From contig NC_047020.1 in NCBI RefSeq assembly GCF_902652985.1, positions 37,634,001 to 37,698,000 of the forward strand: a stretch of 64,000 bases of DNA. The letters run 5' to 3'. How positions within the stretch are numbered: the first letter of the stretch is position 1; the number at the start of each line of letters is the position of its first letter. The notes beneath the pieces were generated by a model. It saw only the letters and a program-made list of their open reading frames with translations. It was not told the origin of the DNA and made no database searches. Origin of the DNA: Pecten maximus (lineage: Eukaryota). The position numbers and the translations under genes were made by a program. This document shows, one piece after another, positions 1-13,050 of the stretch.

Positions 1-2434
1 CTCGTCACAATAACGTAAGATCAATGGGTAACGTGTACTATAGGAAAGGCATCCATTGCTCTTTCGATTCTTCTAATGCCCTGTTAAATTGAAATAACAG
101 ATATTGCAGCAAGTGGAGGAAAGGCGTTATAAATGAATCCTTACATACGAATTTCGTTAAATAGGAAGAGGAACATGCAAAATTAAGAGCTGTAGACGAA
201 TGGGCTTTTTTACGGCGAATGTCGTTTTCTGTCGTTATCATAAACGCAAAGACAACATTTGTCATGTTCTTGCGGTGCGCGGAGGAATCTGATACGTAAT
301 CACTACTGTGTATTTGATAACCCTCCGCGTCAAGAGGAATTCCGTCTGTCAAACTATCACATGGAAAATGATGGATTATTTTCTTCTGCTGACTTTCCCC
401 TATACACCTATCCGCATAATCATGGTGCTGGTTGTTGCAAAGATGTTAATTCTTGAACAAAGAGCTGTGTTTTAATGGCGAGGAAAATTAGAAGGGAAGT
501 TTTGTGTTTTGACTTGAAAATGGTAAAACATAGCAAAGTCGGGGTAGTGGAAGCGCACGTGCTCTATAAAGTATCGTCTGTAAAGTCACTCCGTATCATT
601 CGGAACCCGATCAGTCACTCTGCAGGTTGAATGGTGATCAGCGGTCACTGACCTCCTACTCGGACAAGATCAGTAGAAACTTGGTATGTAGTTGTCCAAA
701 ATGTGATCATCTGTCAGTACTTGTTACTCGCCTCGTGCCTAGTCATCCATCAGGCGGTACCGAGGGTCGACAACGGAAGTCATGGGGGGCTTCTAATCCA
801 TGTCCCGGTCATCCGGGCTCCAGTAATCCGGATGTAAGTCTAATATAATAGTTCATGGCATTTTTAAAAATAGACAGAAAATTATGCCTGTCAATATACA
901 ATGCGGTAAAGAAAACGTCGGACCTCCGTCCGTCTGGACGGTCGTCTGGACATGATGTCGTATTAGGTCCCAACATATCTTGATTTCAAACCAATTATGG
1001 TCATATGAATTAAATACATTACTGAATACTATCGTCGTCCTACGTTTAAACCTATACATGGAAATTTGAAAAAAGTTGAGTCTAGAAAAGATATCACACC
1101 ATACTGTACCTCATTTAGATATTTTTCTTTACACAGTGCTATATTTCTATCTAAACAACAATGAAATCGCTCCTTAAATATAAATTGTTTTAGGTGACAC
1201 TTAATACACATTTAAGAATGAATTATCTAAAATTCAAATTCTACAATGAAAAACTATGAAAGAAAACATTTACTACAAATGCCGGCAGATAGCATTAATT
1301 GAAAAGATGAATGTGTTTATAAAGAAAACCTGGCCAGAACCCATTCTTGAAATTTAATCATATCTTAGGGAAGGACGGCAAGAAAGTAATTAATCAAAAT
1401 CATGCAATTCATTGGCAGTAAGACCCGCATACAAGTAACATTGGGAAATCACCTAAGAGCCTGAGTTTGATCACCTTACAGAATAAGAGGTCAAGGTAGA
1501 ATTCTGTAAGCATTGCACTAAACAAATCATGTCCCCGTACAGAATAAACCCTCATATATATCGAAATTGCTTCTTAATATATTTACGATGTATACTTTTT
1601 GTGGATATGAATTGTTACCTAAACATTTTCTCTATCTTTTGTCACAGTTATCTATTCATTAATCGATTCCTCGCTAGCTTCTGTGGGTTGAAATATTCGG
1701 AACATATCTTCACGTCACTTATAGTTAAAGAGAGGATCCGTATTCGAACTTGCAGATTTACCTTTAATGAAATTCGTTGGTTTCCTACTCACTGGTAATA
1801 TAATTGATAAATGTACCCAACAATGACGCTAAATCTTCATTCTCCGGCGAAATAAAATATGTTGGTAGAACGAGAGTTATTTGGGTTGCTCTCTTTGCAA
1901 ATTGCCCTCAATGCCTGATTCATAAAGGAGGGACGCCTAGATTTCGATTTTTCTTCTCTCTTCTTTCCTAACAACTTTTTCTGCACAATGTCTCGTTGAC
2001 AGGGGGGAGGGGAGAATGATTGGACCTAAAATGGAAACAAACAAACAATCTTTGGTTTTCATTACTTGCTCTCTAATTGCAAATCAGCTTCCATTATTTC
2101 ATTCATTCATTCATTTGTTTATTTTTTTTTTCTAAACAGGCCATCAGATGTAATTTCTAGCAAATAAGATTGTTTCCTGATTACATTTAAATATTCCAGT
2201 CTGTTTTGATGTCATTGACTTCCAGCTTTTGAACACGGACATTTTCAGCATTATGAAATAACGTGTTAGTCTCATAATTTGACATCGAACGCTATATGTT
2301 TAAATAAACATTATTGAAAAAAATATCATTACGTTTGGCAGTATAATAATAACAGATAAACAAAATGTGTGCCAACGCAACGTTTAATTACGTCACAATT
2401 ATATGTGTACAGTAACATAAAAATGAAATTTATC

Positions 2435-2833
2435 ACAAGACACTTCGGTGAATAACAGTCCCCACCTGATGAAGGCCATATGTTAACATGTAGACCCCTG
2501 ACCACATTTAACACACGACATACACAAAATTTACTACCTTACCTAGGTCAATTTGTGTGCCAAGTTAGGAGTACCAATGACAAGCAATGCATGGGATAGT
2601 GCCCGGACAGACTTCTTGATGAGTCGGTCAAAGGCCAAAATGTAGGTCACAGTGACACTATTTTGGTACACGTTAAACCGCTGCACCTGTAGGAACTTGT
2701 GCGGCAATTATGAAGTTTCAGTGACAATTAGTGCGCGATAGTGTCCGGACAAGGAAATGTGAGGACAACCGGACGGATGGACATACACAACGTATCGCAA
2801 TTCTGTTGTCCACCGGTTCCCAGTTGGGGGATA
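2435..2833. mobile_element. Short HINE/Pearl-like non-autonomous element
   Basis: Starts acaaga + small hairpin cac-ttcg-gtg + gtcccc. Two ~142-bp core repeats (gatagtg[c/t]ccggaca at ~2595 and ~2737), ggac microsatellite remnant, ends gggggataa. Confidence 0.6.
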
Positions 2834-5800
2834 ACTAGACATTAAAGATGGTACTAGACGTTATTAAACCTTGGTCCATGGTACCTGTACCACAGTGTTA
2901 AGGGACAGATAGCAACTGCATTATGCAGCACTGACTTACACAGGTCTGTGTTGGTGCTTCCAAGAGAAAACATTAAAAGACAGAATACTTAAAAAGAACT
3001 GTGCATCTGCCTAACCGATCGATAAACTGATGTAAACAAAGAATCATTAGACGGACCCCGAAAACTCTAATTTCATTCAGACAAATTTAATCTGATTTCG
3101 AGAAAAATCATTTTTCGTGTTATCAAACAATAAAAATGTTATTCCCACGACACATATTAAAATTTCGTCAGTCGTGAAATTAGATTAAAAGCAATATAGA
3201 TGTTAATGATTAGACCATTTCCGTAAATTTGATAATTTGATATTTATTGATGATCTAAATTGATACAACCTTGACCAGTAAAAAGGACATTGCAGGGATG
3301 CACATCATCAGTGTACCCAAAGGGAGAGAGTTTTTGTCATATCAGACGTTTGTTTAGCTCTTTCAGAAGATTGATTATTTACAGCCATCGACTGGCGTTT
3401 AAAATACAGTTTGTCCTCACGACGTCAGGCAAGGATCACATGAAATGTCAGCTTCACAGGGAAGAACTTAAAAACAGTCTTAATGAAATCTCTGGTTTGG
3501 GGCATGAGATGAGCTGATGACAACAGAAAGGATGTTTTTAATTGACAAACACGACATTTTGAACAAACACAAGTTATAAAATCGCCATGTAGTCCATTTT
3601 CTGTTTAGGCTTAAATAGACTGACCATGGGTCAAGTGTTTGCATTAAAATGTTCGAATTATAATGCATATTTAAATTTGCTAAATAACAAGAAATTAATC
3701 CCATAGTCTACAAAGGTATTCTGAGCAATTAAATGTTCCCCAGTTTCTTAAGCCCTAACAGCGTTTGCGCTCAAAGGTCTGATTTATTTATGAGTATAAC
3801 ACTCCTATCACACAATGCAATGCCCCGATTTCGATCGATTTCGGCAGATCTCATTCACCGCAAGAACACAATTTTTCTAAAATTATCTTTGTTCCTTTAC
3901 AGTGTTTCAAGATAAGTGCTTTCTCTATCGCCTTCACTGTCCGATTTCGGGGAAATTTTATCTTTTGTGTGACCGCTTGTCGCCGATCTGTAATATCTGT
4001 TTCTGATTCCTGGTTTTCAGTTCACTCGCTTTCGCTTGGCTGTGCATGTCATGAGGATTAATAATAAGCATTATAAGCTATCTTGGTGCATTTGAAACGT
4101 CTTCCAATTTTATGTCATCTTAAAAGCACGGTTTACTTCAAGAGTATCAGCCAATTTTTGAGACATTTAAATCATTTATTTTTCTAACATGTTCAATTAT
4201 TTATGGAACCTAGATATTACTTCAAAACTTATCTCAAACGGATTAGCTATCAATCACATCCCGTATACTGGTATTATTATTTACATGCAGAGCTCCATGG
4301 TGATTCAGGCATTTTGAAAAAAAAAATCGAAATATGCGCCGTGATGGCGAGCCGCATAAGAAATATCTTATTGGCTATCTATGTATCGACTGTATTATTG
4401 AAGATTATGTAGATTACGAATTGTAGTGACATATCAGACATGAAATATGCCCTATGGCAAATGTATAAATCTAAACTAGAAGTTTACTATCACGCTATCT
4501 TACGGCCTGAACTACTCACAGTAGCGTGATGTTGATCTGCATAGTTTGACGTGCTAAGGGCTGGGTACCCAGCAACTCAGATTTTCCCTATCAAACCAGC
4601 CCACGAGTGGACGTCATTAGTATGAATCATTCATCAATGCCAACCCAAAGGCTAGGATATTTATTTCTCAAGATCTACTGTAAACAAACATGTTTTGCGT
4701 TTTCAAAGGTTTTTTTCAAATTTCAACTAATAACCGTATTGGTGAATCTGTGCATCAATTAAATCTGTAATAATTCAAATACATGAGGTTACCGTAAACC
4801 GAATTTGGATATTTCAATATAAACTAGTTACATTTGTATCAAGAACAAGTTATTGGATTCAATGTCTATGATAGTTATTTTGACGACGTAGACAAGGTCA
4901 AATGACTTCTACAATGAAACAAACCTATCAAGATACAATAATATGACGATTTTCTCCCTAGCCGTAAAATTTGAGCAGAACAATCAGGAAAGGATAAACA
5001 TTCCAAGACTATATACTGATGCATACATTAATTGCTTTACTGAAACTTTTTCACCTCAACTGCGAAAGCCTACTCACAGATGGCCAAGTAACCACGTGAT
5101 TAATTACGTCATGTTCTGCTAACCGGTTTAGCTGATTGGCATACTACCTGTATTCTCAGTGGCGTCTGCTGCAAATTGGTGTTTTTTTTTTTTTTTAAAT
5201 AATGTACCTACAGCTGTTTTAACCGAGTTTATTGTGCATAAATAGTAATTTGTCGACACTATGAATATACAGCTCCCCTGAGTAGCCACAATGCAATCAC
5301 AATTACAAGGGAAATCACATTTCATGATCATTTGACGTTTATATATTGCTACAAACGCAGTAGAAACTGGATACTAGAGATGCAGTTAGAGAAATGATGT
5401 ACATGACAGTTAATTGGTTTTATTGACTTATGAGGAACGTGACATTTATGTAACACCATGTCATCCATCTATGCTGGCGACCCGGAGGAAAACGCCCTCT
5501 GAACTGGCTGCAGGTGTCTGTACTTTGTATACTCTAAGTGGGCGTGTCACGCTCCCTTGCTGTACTGTAGATGATGATTGCGTATATTTGCTCGCCGCTT
5601 CTTATGGATCAGAATTTCCCAAAGCTCCTGCTTAAATTCCTGTTTTCACACTTTCCTGCAATGACCATGGTCTTCGATATGGACTTAATACAGCGGTCTT
5701 GTCTTGAATATATATAATTTACACAACGGACGATATATAGTATATTACACAAATATATGAGCTTGTTTAGGTAATATACAGCTCTATAGTATTTGGAAAT

Positions 5801-6278
5801 AACTTTTTTTTTTTGTAAAAGCCATGTTGCTGTTCTGAGTGTAAATTTGGATGCAATGCTATCCCTACATAGGTAATTCTTTACAGATGAATAACATTTC
5901 ATTTAAATAGTGAGACAGTTCAGAATTCACTCATGTACTTAACTTTCTTTTGAAAACCAATATAAAAACATTATCAACTTCATTTGATTTATTGGTATAA
6001 ATAATATCCACATCCGGACATTTCTTTCCACTTATTACGAGGTTTTGGTCGCCTCCTATGATCACCACTTTAAGCACATCACTACCGAATCCTAGAAAGA
6101 AGAAACAGTATTATAATACATTTTAATTTATCATATTTACTCAACTGTATCCAACTATATCTAAGGTGTTTATGGTCTCAGCGTCATTTGTTAAATCGTT
6201 ATAGGCACGAATCTTGCCCTCAGTCCTCGTTCCCTCTTCTATATCTGGTGTCTCAAAGTCCTAGATTTCTCCATATCT

Positions 6279-9170
6279 TTATGGTTTCTCCTCTATCATT
6301 AGTTTCTCCTCTGTAGCTGGTTTCTCCTCTGTAGCTGGTGTCTCCCAGTCCTTGGTTTCCCCTCCATAGCTGGTGTAGCCCCAGTCCTTGGTTTCCCCTC
6401 TATAGCTGGTGTATCCCCAGTCCTTGGTTTCTCCTCGATAGATTGTGTCTCCTCTATCATTAGTTTCTGATCTGTAGCTGGTTTCTCCTCTGTAGCTGGT
6501 TTCCCCCAGTCCTTGGTTTCCCCTCCATAGCTGGTGTATCCCCAGTCCTTGGTTTCCCCTCCATAGCTGGTGTCTCCTCTATCCTTGGTTTCCCCTCCAT
6601 AGCTGGTGTCTCCTCTATCCTTGGTTTCCCCTCCATAGCTGGTGTATCCCCAGTCCTTGGTTTCCCCTCCATAGCTGGTGTCTCCTCTATCCTTGGTTTC
6701 CCCTCCATAGCTGGTGTATCCCCAGTCCTTGGTTTCCCCTCCATAGCTGGTGTATCCCCAGTCCTTGGTTTCCCCTCCATAGCCGGTGTCTCCTCTATAT
6801 TTGGTTTCCCCGCCATAGCTGGTGTCTCCTCTATCTTTGGTTACCCCTCCATAGCTGATGTCTCCTCTATCCTTGGTTTCCCCTCCATAGCTGGTGTATC
6901 CCCAGTCCTTGGTTTCCCCTCCATAGCTGGTGTATCCCCAGTCCTTGGTTTCCCTCCATAGCTGGTGTCTCCTCTATCTTTGGTTTCCCCTCCATAGCTT
7001 GTGTCTCCTCTATCCTTGGTTTCCCCTCCATAGCTGGTGTCTCCTCTATCCTTGGTTTCCCCTCCATAGCTTGTGTCTCCTCTATCCTTGGTTTCCCCTC
7101 CATAGCTGGTGTCTCCTCTATCCTTGGTTTCCCCTCCATAGCTGGTGTATCCCCAGTCCTTGGTTTCCCCTCCATAGCTGGTGTCTCCTCTATCCTTGGT
7201 TTCCCCTCCATAGCTGGTGTATCCCCAGTCCTTGGTTTCCCCTCCATAGCTGGTGTCTCCCCTATCTTTGGTTTCCCCTCCATAGCTTGTGTCTCCTCAG
7301 TCCTTGGTTTCTCCTCCATAGCTGGTGTCTCCTCTATCTTTGGCTTCCCCTCCATAGCTGGTGTCTCCTCTATCCTTGGTTTCCCCTCCATAGCTGGTGT
7401 CTCCTCTATCATTGGTTTCCCCTCCGTAGCTGGTGTATCCCCAGTCCTTGGTTTCCCCTCCAAAGCTGATGTCTCCTCTATCTTTGGTTTCCCCTCAATA
7501 GCTGGTGTATCCCCAGTCCTTGGTTTCCCCTCCATAGCTGGTGTCTCCTCTATCTTTGGTTTCTCCTCCATAGCTGGTGTCTCCTCAGTCCTTGGTTTCC
7601 CCTCTGTAGATTGTGTCTCCTCAGTCCTTGGTTTCTCCTCCATAGCTGGTGTCTCCTCTATCCTTGGTTTCCCCTCCATAGCTGGTGTATCCCCAGTCCT
7701 TGGTTTCCCCTCCATAGCTGGTGTATCCCCAGTCCTTGGTTTCCCCTCCATAGCTGGTGTATCCCCAGTCCTTGGTTTCCCCTCCATAGCTGGTGTCTCC
7801 TCTATCCTTGGTTTCCCCTCCATAGCTGGTGTATCCCCAGTCCTTAGTTTCCCCTCCATAGCTGGTGTCTCCTCTATCCTTGGTTTCCCCTCCATAGCTG
7901 GTGTATCCCCAATCTTTGGTTTCTCCTCTGTAGATTGTGTCTCCTCTATCCTTGGTCTCCCCTCCATAGCTGGTGTCTCCCCAGTCCTTGGTTTCCCCTC
8001 CATAGCTGATGTCTCCTCTATCTTTGGTTTCCCCTCCATAGCTGGTGTATCCCCAGTCCTTGGTTTCTCCTCCATAGCTGGTGTCTCCTCTATCCTTGGT
8101 TTCCCCTCCATAGCTGGTGTCTCCTCTATCCTTGGTTTCCCCTCCATAGCTGATGTCTCCTCTATCCTTGGTTTCCCCTCCATAGCTGGTGTATCCCCAA
8201 TCTTTGGTTTCTCCTCTTTAGATTGTGTCTCCTCTATCCTTGGTTTCTCCTCCATAGCTGGTGTATCCCCAGTCCTTGGTTTCCCCTCCATAGCTGGTGT
8301 CTCCTCTATCCTTGGTCTCCCTCCATAGCTTGTGTCTCCTCTATCCTTGGTTTCCCCTCCATAGCTGGTGTCTCCTCTATCCTTGGTTTCCCCTCCATAG
8401 CTGGTGTCTCCTCTATCCTTGGTTTCCCCTCCATAGCTTGTGTCTCCTCTATCCTTGGTTTCCCCTCCATAGCTGGTGTCTCCTCTATCCTTGGTTTCCC
8501 CTCCATAGCTGATGTCTCCTCTATCCTTGGTTTCCCCTCCATAGCTTGTGTCTCCTCTATCCTTGGTTTCCCCTCCATAGCTGGTGTCTCCTCTATCCTT
8601 GGTTTCCCCTCCATAGCTGATGTCTCCTCTATCCTTGGTTTCCCCTCCATAGCTTGTGTATCCCCAGTCCTTGGTTTCTCCTCCATAGCTGGTGTATCCC
8701 CAGTCCTTGGTTTCTCCTCTTTAGATTGTGTCTCCTCTATCCTTGGTTTCTCCTCCATAGCTGGTGTATCCCCAGTCCTTGGTTTCCCCTCCATAGCTGG
8801 TGTCTCCTCTATCCTTGGTTTCCCCTCCATAGCTGGTGTATCCCCAATCTTTGGTTTCTCCTCTTTAGATTGTGTCTCCTCTATCCTTGGTTTCTCCTCC
8901 ATAGCTGGTGTCTCCTCTATCCTTGGTTTCCCCTCCATAGCTGGTGTCTCCTCTATCCTTGGTTTCCCCTCCATAGCTGATGTCTCCTCTATCCTTGGTT
9001 TCCCCTCCATAGCTTGTGTATCCCCAGTCCTTGGTTTCTCCTCCATAGCTGGTGTCTCCTCTATCCTTGGTTTCTCCTTTGTAGCTGGTGTCTCCTCAGT
9101 CCACTGTTTCTCCTCTGTAGATTGTGTCTCCTCAGTCCATTGTTTCTCCTCTGTAGATTGTGTCTCCTAA
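6279..9170 (-). repeat. 36-bp minisatellite, ~78 units, with coding-like minus-strand frame (TPAMEGKPRIEE / TPAMEGKPRTGD); possible nested gene or pseudogene
   Basis: Plus-strand unit ccatagctggtgt(ctcctcta|atccccag)tccttggtttcccct. ORFs 8306..9046, 6867..8291 and 6460..6816 are consecutive pieces of the same peptide repeat. The repeat is certain; coding status is not. Confidence 0.95.
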
Positions 9171-9307
9171 GTCCTTGGTTTTTTCTCTGTTCTTTAAGTC
9201 ACCTCTGGTTGCGCTGTCTCGTCTGTTCCGTGTTGTCCTTTTGATCTTGTGTCTCTTCCACAAATCACACATCTCTTTTTTTACCAGTTACCTTATTTGC
9301 TGCTTTT

Positions 9308-12300
9308 TATTAGGGATTTCCATTTCGGATGGAAATCCCTATTGTTATTGTTATGTTTTTTCTTCTTCTTCTTCTTATTATTATTATTCTTAACACCTCA
9401 TGTAAACACTTTCGTTCAAAAACGAACTCGGATAGAACGTTCATATTTTAGTATATGATAGAGACATGGGAGCTGCAGTTCACCTTAATATTTTGGTGAT
9501 CATAATTTCAAAGGTCAAGGTCACAGGTCAAAACACAGATTTTTGTTTGAACGACCATAACTTCATACACGATCGTTCTATTTCATGCACGCTCAGTGTG
9601 TCATATAGATCGTTGTCGGGGCTAACTTTTTTCCATGCCATGTTATCAGAAAAAGTGTCAAGGTCATGACCTCGCTATGGGTTGAAGGTAAGGTCAAAAA
9701 TAAAATATTCTAATCGAGTTAAGTCGACCATGTCCTATGAAAGAGCATGGACCACCGAGTCGGAGGGTGACAAAATTTTAGTGATATGATGAAAAATGAC
9801 GGGGATATGGCACTTTGAAAAATTCAAAGTTGTTCCCGCCAAAATTCAAAAATCGGGCAAAATGCACTTAAAATGCTTCTTCTCGGTCATCAATACACCT
9901 ACGGACTTAATTTTTGGCATAATAATAGAATGTAAGAACGGCTACGAAACTTATTACTTTTCATTGACCTTGACCTACATTCAAGGTCAAATAATCAAGA
10001 AAACTTTTTTTTTTTTAAATTCTTTCGGATCAGGTTCTTTCTTCGGTTGATTTTTTCCTTTAAAAATCATCCCATATTGTAGTTCGTATTAGAGGCTGAC
10101 TTTTCGTTGAAACATGTTATCAGAAAATATGTCAAGGTCAAGTTCCTAGAACGAGGTCAAATGAAGGTCAAAATTTTAAAATTCAAAATGAGTTTATTTT
10201 TTGAATGCATTGCACAGAACATGATAAATGAAGACGAACTGTGCAAGTTTCATGGTCGTACGATGAAAAATGACGTAGAAATCGCACTTTGAAAAATGTT
10301 CGTTTTCCCGCCAAATATTCAAATTTCTCCCAAAATACACTTAATTCCCCTCTTCTCCTATATCTTAACACATACAGATTTGAAATTTGGCACAGTGATA
10401 GCATGTACAGAGGACTAAAAACTTGATTGCTTTTCATTGACCTTGACTTTCGTTCAAGGTCACAAAGGTCAAATGACCAAAAATCGAAAATGTCCGATTC
10501 TTTTAAAAACTGTGTATTTTGGTCATAATTTAGAAGAAAATGCTCTGATGAAGATGTTTGCAACATTTAAAGGTCAAATTATCAAAAAAAAAAAAAAAAA
10601 AAAAAACAATACCCGAAGATAACAGTATGGTATACACGATACACGGTAAGGTATACACGACACACCGTACAGGGTTCACGATATTTTTACTGGATACACG
10701 ACATACGATACAGTAAACACGATGCATGGTGTGGGATACATAATATATGGTACAGTACACACGAAACACGGTACGACATACACGATACTTGGTACGAGGT
10801 ACACAGTACGGTATACACAATACACGGTACGAAATACACGATACTTGGTAGGAGATACATAGTACGGTATACATGATACACAGTACGGTTTACACAATAC
10901 ACGGTACGAGATACATGGTACAGTATACACAATACACGTTAAGGGATTCACGATACGTTGTACGGGATACACGATATATGGTTCAGTAAACACGATACAC
11001 GGTATGATAAACACGATCATGATACAAGGTACGAGATACACGATTCACGGTTCAGTAAACACGATACAAGGTACCAGATACGGTATACACGCTATGAAAT
11101 ACACGATAAGGAATAGACGATAAATGTGACCGGATACATGATACAATATGGGATACACGATACATGGAACAGGATTCACAATACGGTAAACACGGTACGA
11201 GATACATAATTCACAGTACAGTAAACACGATGCAAGGTACGAGATACACGGTTCACTGTTCAGTAAACACGATACGAGGTACGAGATACACAATTCACAG
11301 TACAGTTAACACGATACAAGGTACGAGATACACGATTCACTGTTCAGTAAACACGATATAAGGTACAATGTACGGTATACACAATACAGGATACACGGTA
11401 CGGGATAGACGATACATGTTACTGGATACATAATACAATATGGGATACATGATACATGGAACAGGATTCACAATACAGTAAACACGAAACAAGGTACGAG
11501 ATACACGATTCACAGTACAGTAAACACGATACAAGGTACGGGATACACGATTAACAGTACAGTAAACACGATACAAGGTACGAGATACACGATTAACAGT
11601 ACAGTAAACACTATACAAGGTACGAGATACACGCTTCTCAGTACAGTAAACACTATACAAGGTACGGGATACACGATTAACAGTACAGTAAACACGATAT
11701 AAGGTACGGGATACACGATTAACAGTACAATAAACACGATACAAGGTACGGGATACACGATTAACAGTACAGTAAACACGATATAAGGTACGAGATACAC
11801 GATTAACAGTACAGTAAACACGATATAAGGTACGGGATACACGATTAACAGTACAATAAACACGATACAAGGTACGGGATACACGATTAACAGTACAGTA
11901 AACACGATATAAGGTACGAGATACACGATTAACAGTACAGTAAACACGATATAAGGTACGGGATACACGATTAACAGTACAATAAACACGATACAAGGTA
12001 CGAGATACACGATTAACAGTACAGTAAACACGATATAAGGTACGAGATATAGGTACAGTTTACACGATACAAGGTACGAGATACACGATTTACGGAGGTT
12101 AATTGATAAAAAATCAAAAAATTCAATTTTTTTTAAAACGGTTTATTTTCATCGTATGTGAAAGAAACGTTTTTTTAATGATCGGTTAAAGAAGGGAACC
12201 GAAGAGAAAACGAAGAGAAATCGTAGGTAAAACGTACAAAAGCGTTCGTCAGAACGAGAACATGTCTGCGATCATTTTCCTGTTGGAAATCCCGTGTTTT

Positions 12301-12320
12301 GATCTTGATCAAATCTAGTT
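9308..12320 (+). mobile_element. Non-autonomous Helentron-type element (HINE/DINE-1-like), ~3 kb, carrying internal tandem arrays
   Basis: 5' perfect 13-bp hairpin tagggatttccat-ttcgg-atggaaatcccta (9311-9341), then a (ttc)n(tta)n microsatellite and two ~474-bp core repeats. Matching subterminal repeat tggaaatccc at 12284-12293, hairpin tttgatc-tt-gatcaaa (12298-12313), terminal ctagtt. T-rich flanks; no ORF. Confidence 0.8.
10625..12092 (+). repeat. ACACGAT/ACACGGT 7-mer-derived array maturing into a 42-bp minisatellite
   Basis: Degenerate tacacga 7-mers from 10625. Homogeneous 42-bp unit acacgattaacagtacagtaaacacgatacaaggtacgggat from about 11500 to 12050. Confidence 0.95.
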
Positions 12321-12344
12321 GTTCTGTGTTATGGTTGCCATTGT

Positions 12345-13050
12345 TCTGTATGTTGTTGTTTCTACTGTTCTTGGTGATTGTTGTTTCTATCGTTCTTTGT
12401 AATTGTTGTTTCTATCGTTCTTTGTAATTGTTGTTTCTATCGTTCTTTGTAATTGTTGTTTCTATTGTTCTTTATGATTGTTGTTTCTATCGTTCGTTGT
12501 AATTGTTGTTTCTATCATTCGTTGTAATTGTTGTTTCTATCGTTCGTTGTAATTGTTGTTTCTATCGTTCTTTGTAATTGTCGTTTCTATCGTTCTTTGT
12601 AATTGTTGTTTCTATCGTTCTTTGTAATTGTTGTTGCTATCGTTCTTTGTAATTGTCGTTTCTATCGTTCTTTGTAATTGTCGTTTCTATCGTTCTTTGT
12701 AATTGTCGTTTCTATCGTTCTTTGTAATTGTTGTTTCTATCGTTCTTTGTAATTGTTGTTTCTATCATTCTTTGTAATTGTTGTTTCTATCGTTCTTTGT
12801 ATGTTGTTGTTTCTATCGTTCTTTGTAATTGTTGTTTCAATCGTTCCTTGTGTTTGTTGTTGTTATTGTTCCATGTGTTTGTTGTTCCTATTGTGCGATG
12901 TCTTCGTTGTTTCTATTGGGTTTTTCCTATTGTTCTGTCTTCGAATGTATATTGTGTCATTGCTGTTCCTATTGTTCAATGTGTTTGCTGATGTTACTAT
13001 TGTTTAATGTGTTTGCTGATCTAATTGTTCTATGTATTTGTTGTTCAGTT
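12345..13050 (+). repeat. 25-bp minisatellite (ttgtttctatcgttctttgtaattg), ~19 good copies then a degenerate tail
   Basis: Period 25 read directly (12381, 12406, ...); homogeneous to about 12850. Confidence 0.95.

Noticed and set aside
38-456. ORFs 38..352 and 259..456 as genes
   Set aside because: No recognisable motif or splice context; lengths are compatible with chance.
6930-9244. Plus-strand ORFs (WFPLHSWCLLYP and SSILGFPSIAGV repeats)
   Set aside because: Shadow frames of the 36-bp array. The W/C/P-rich frame is implausible and is broken by stops; nothing independent supports the other.
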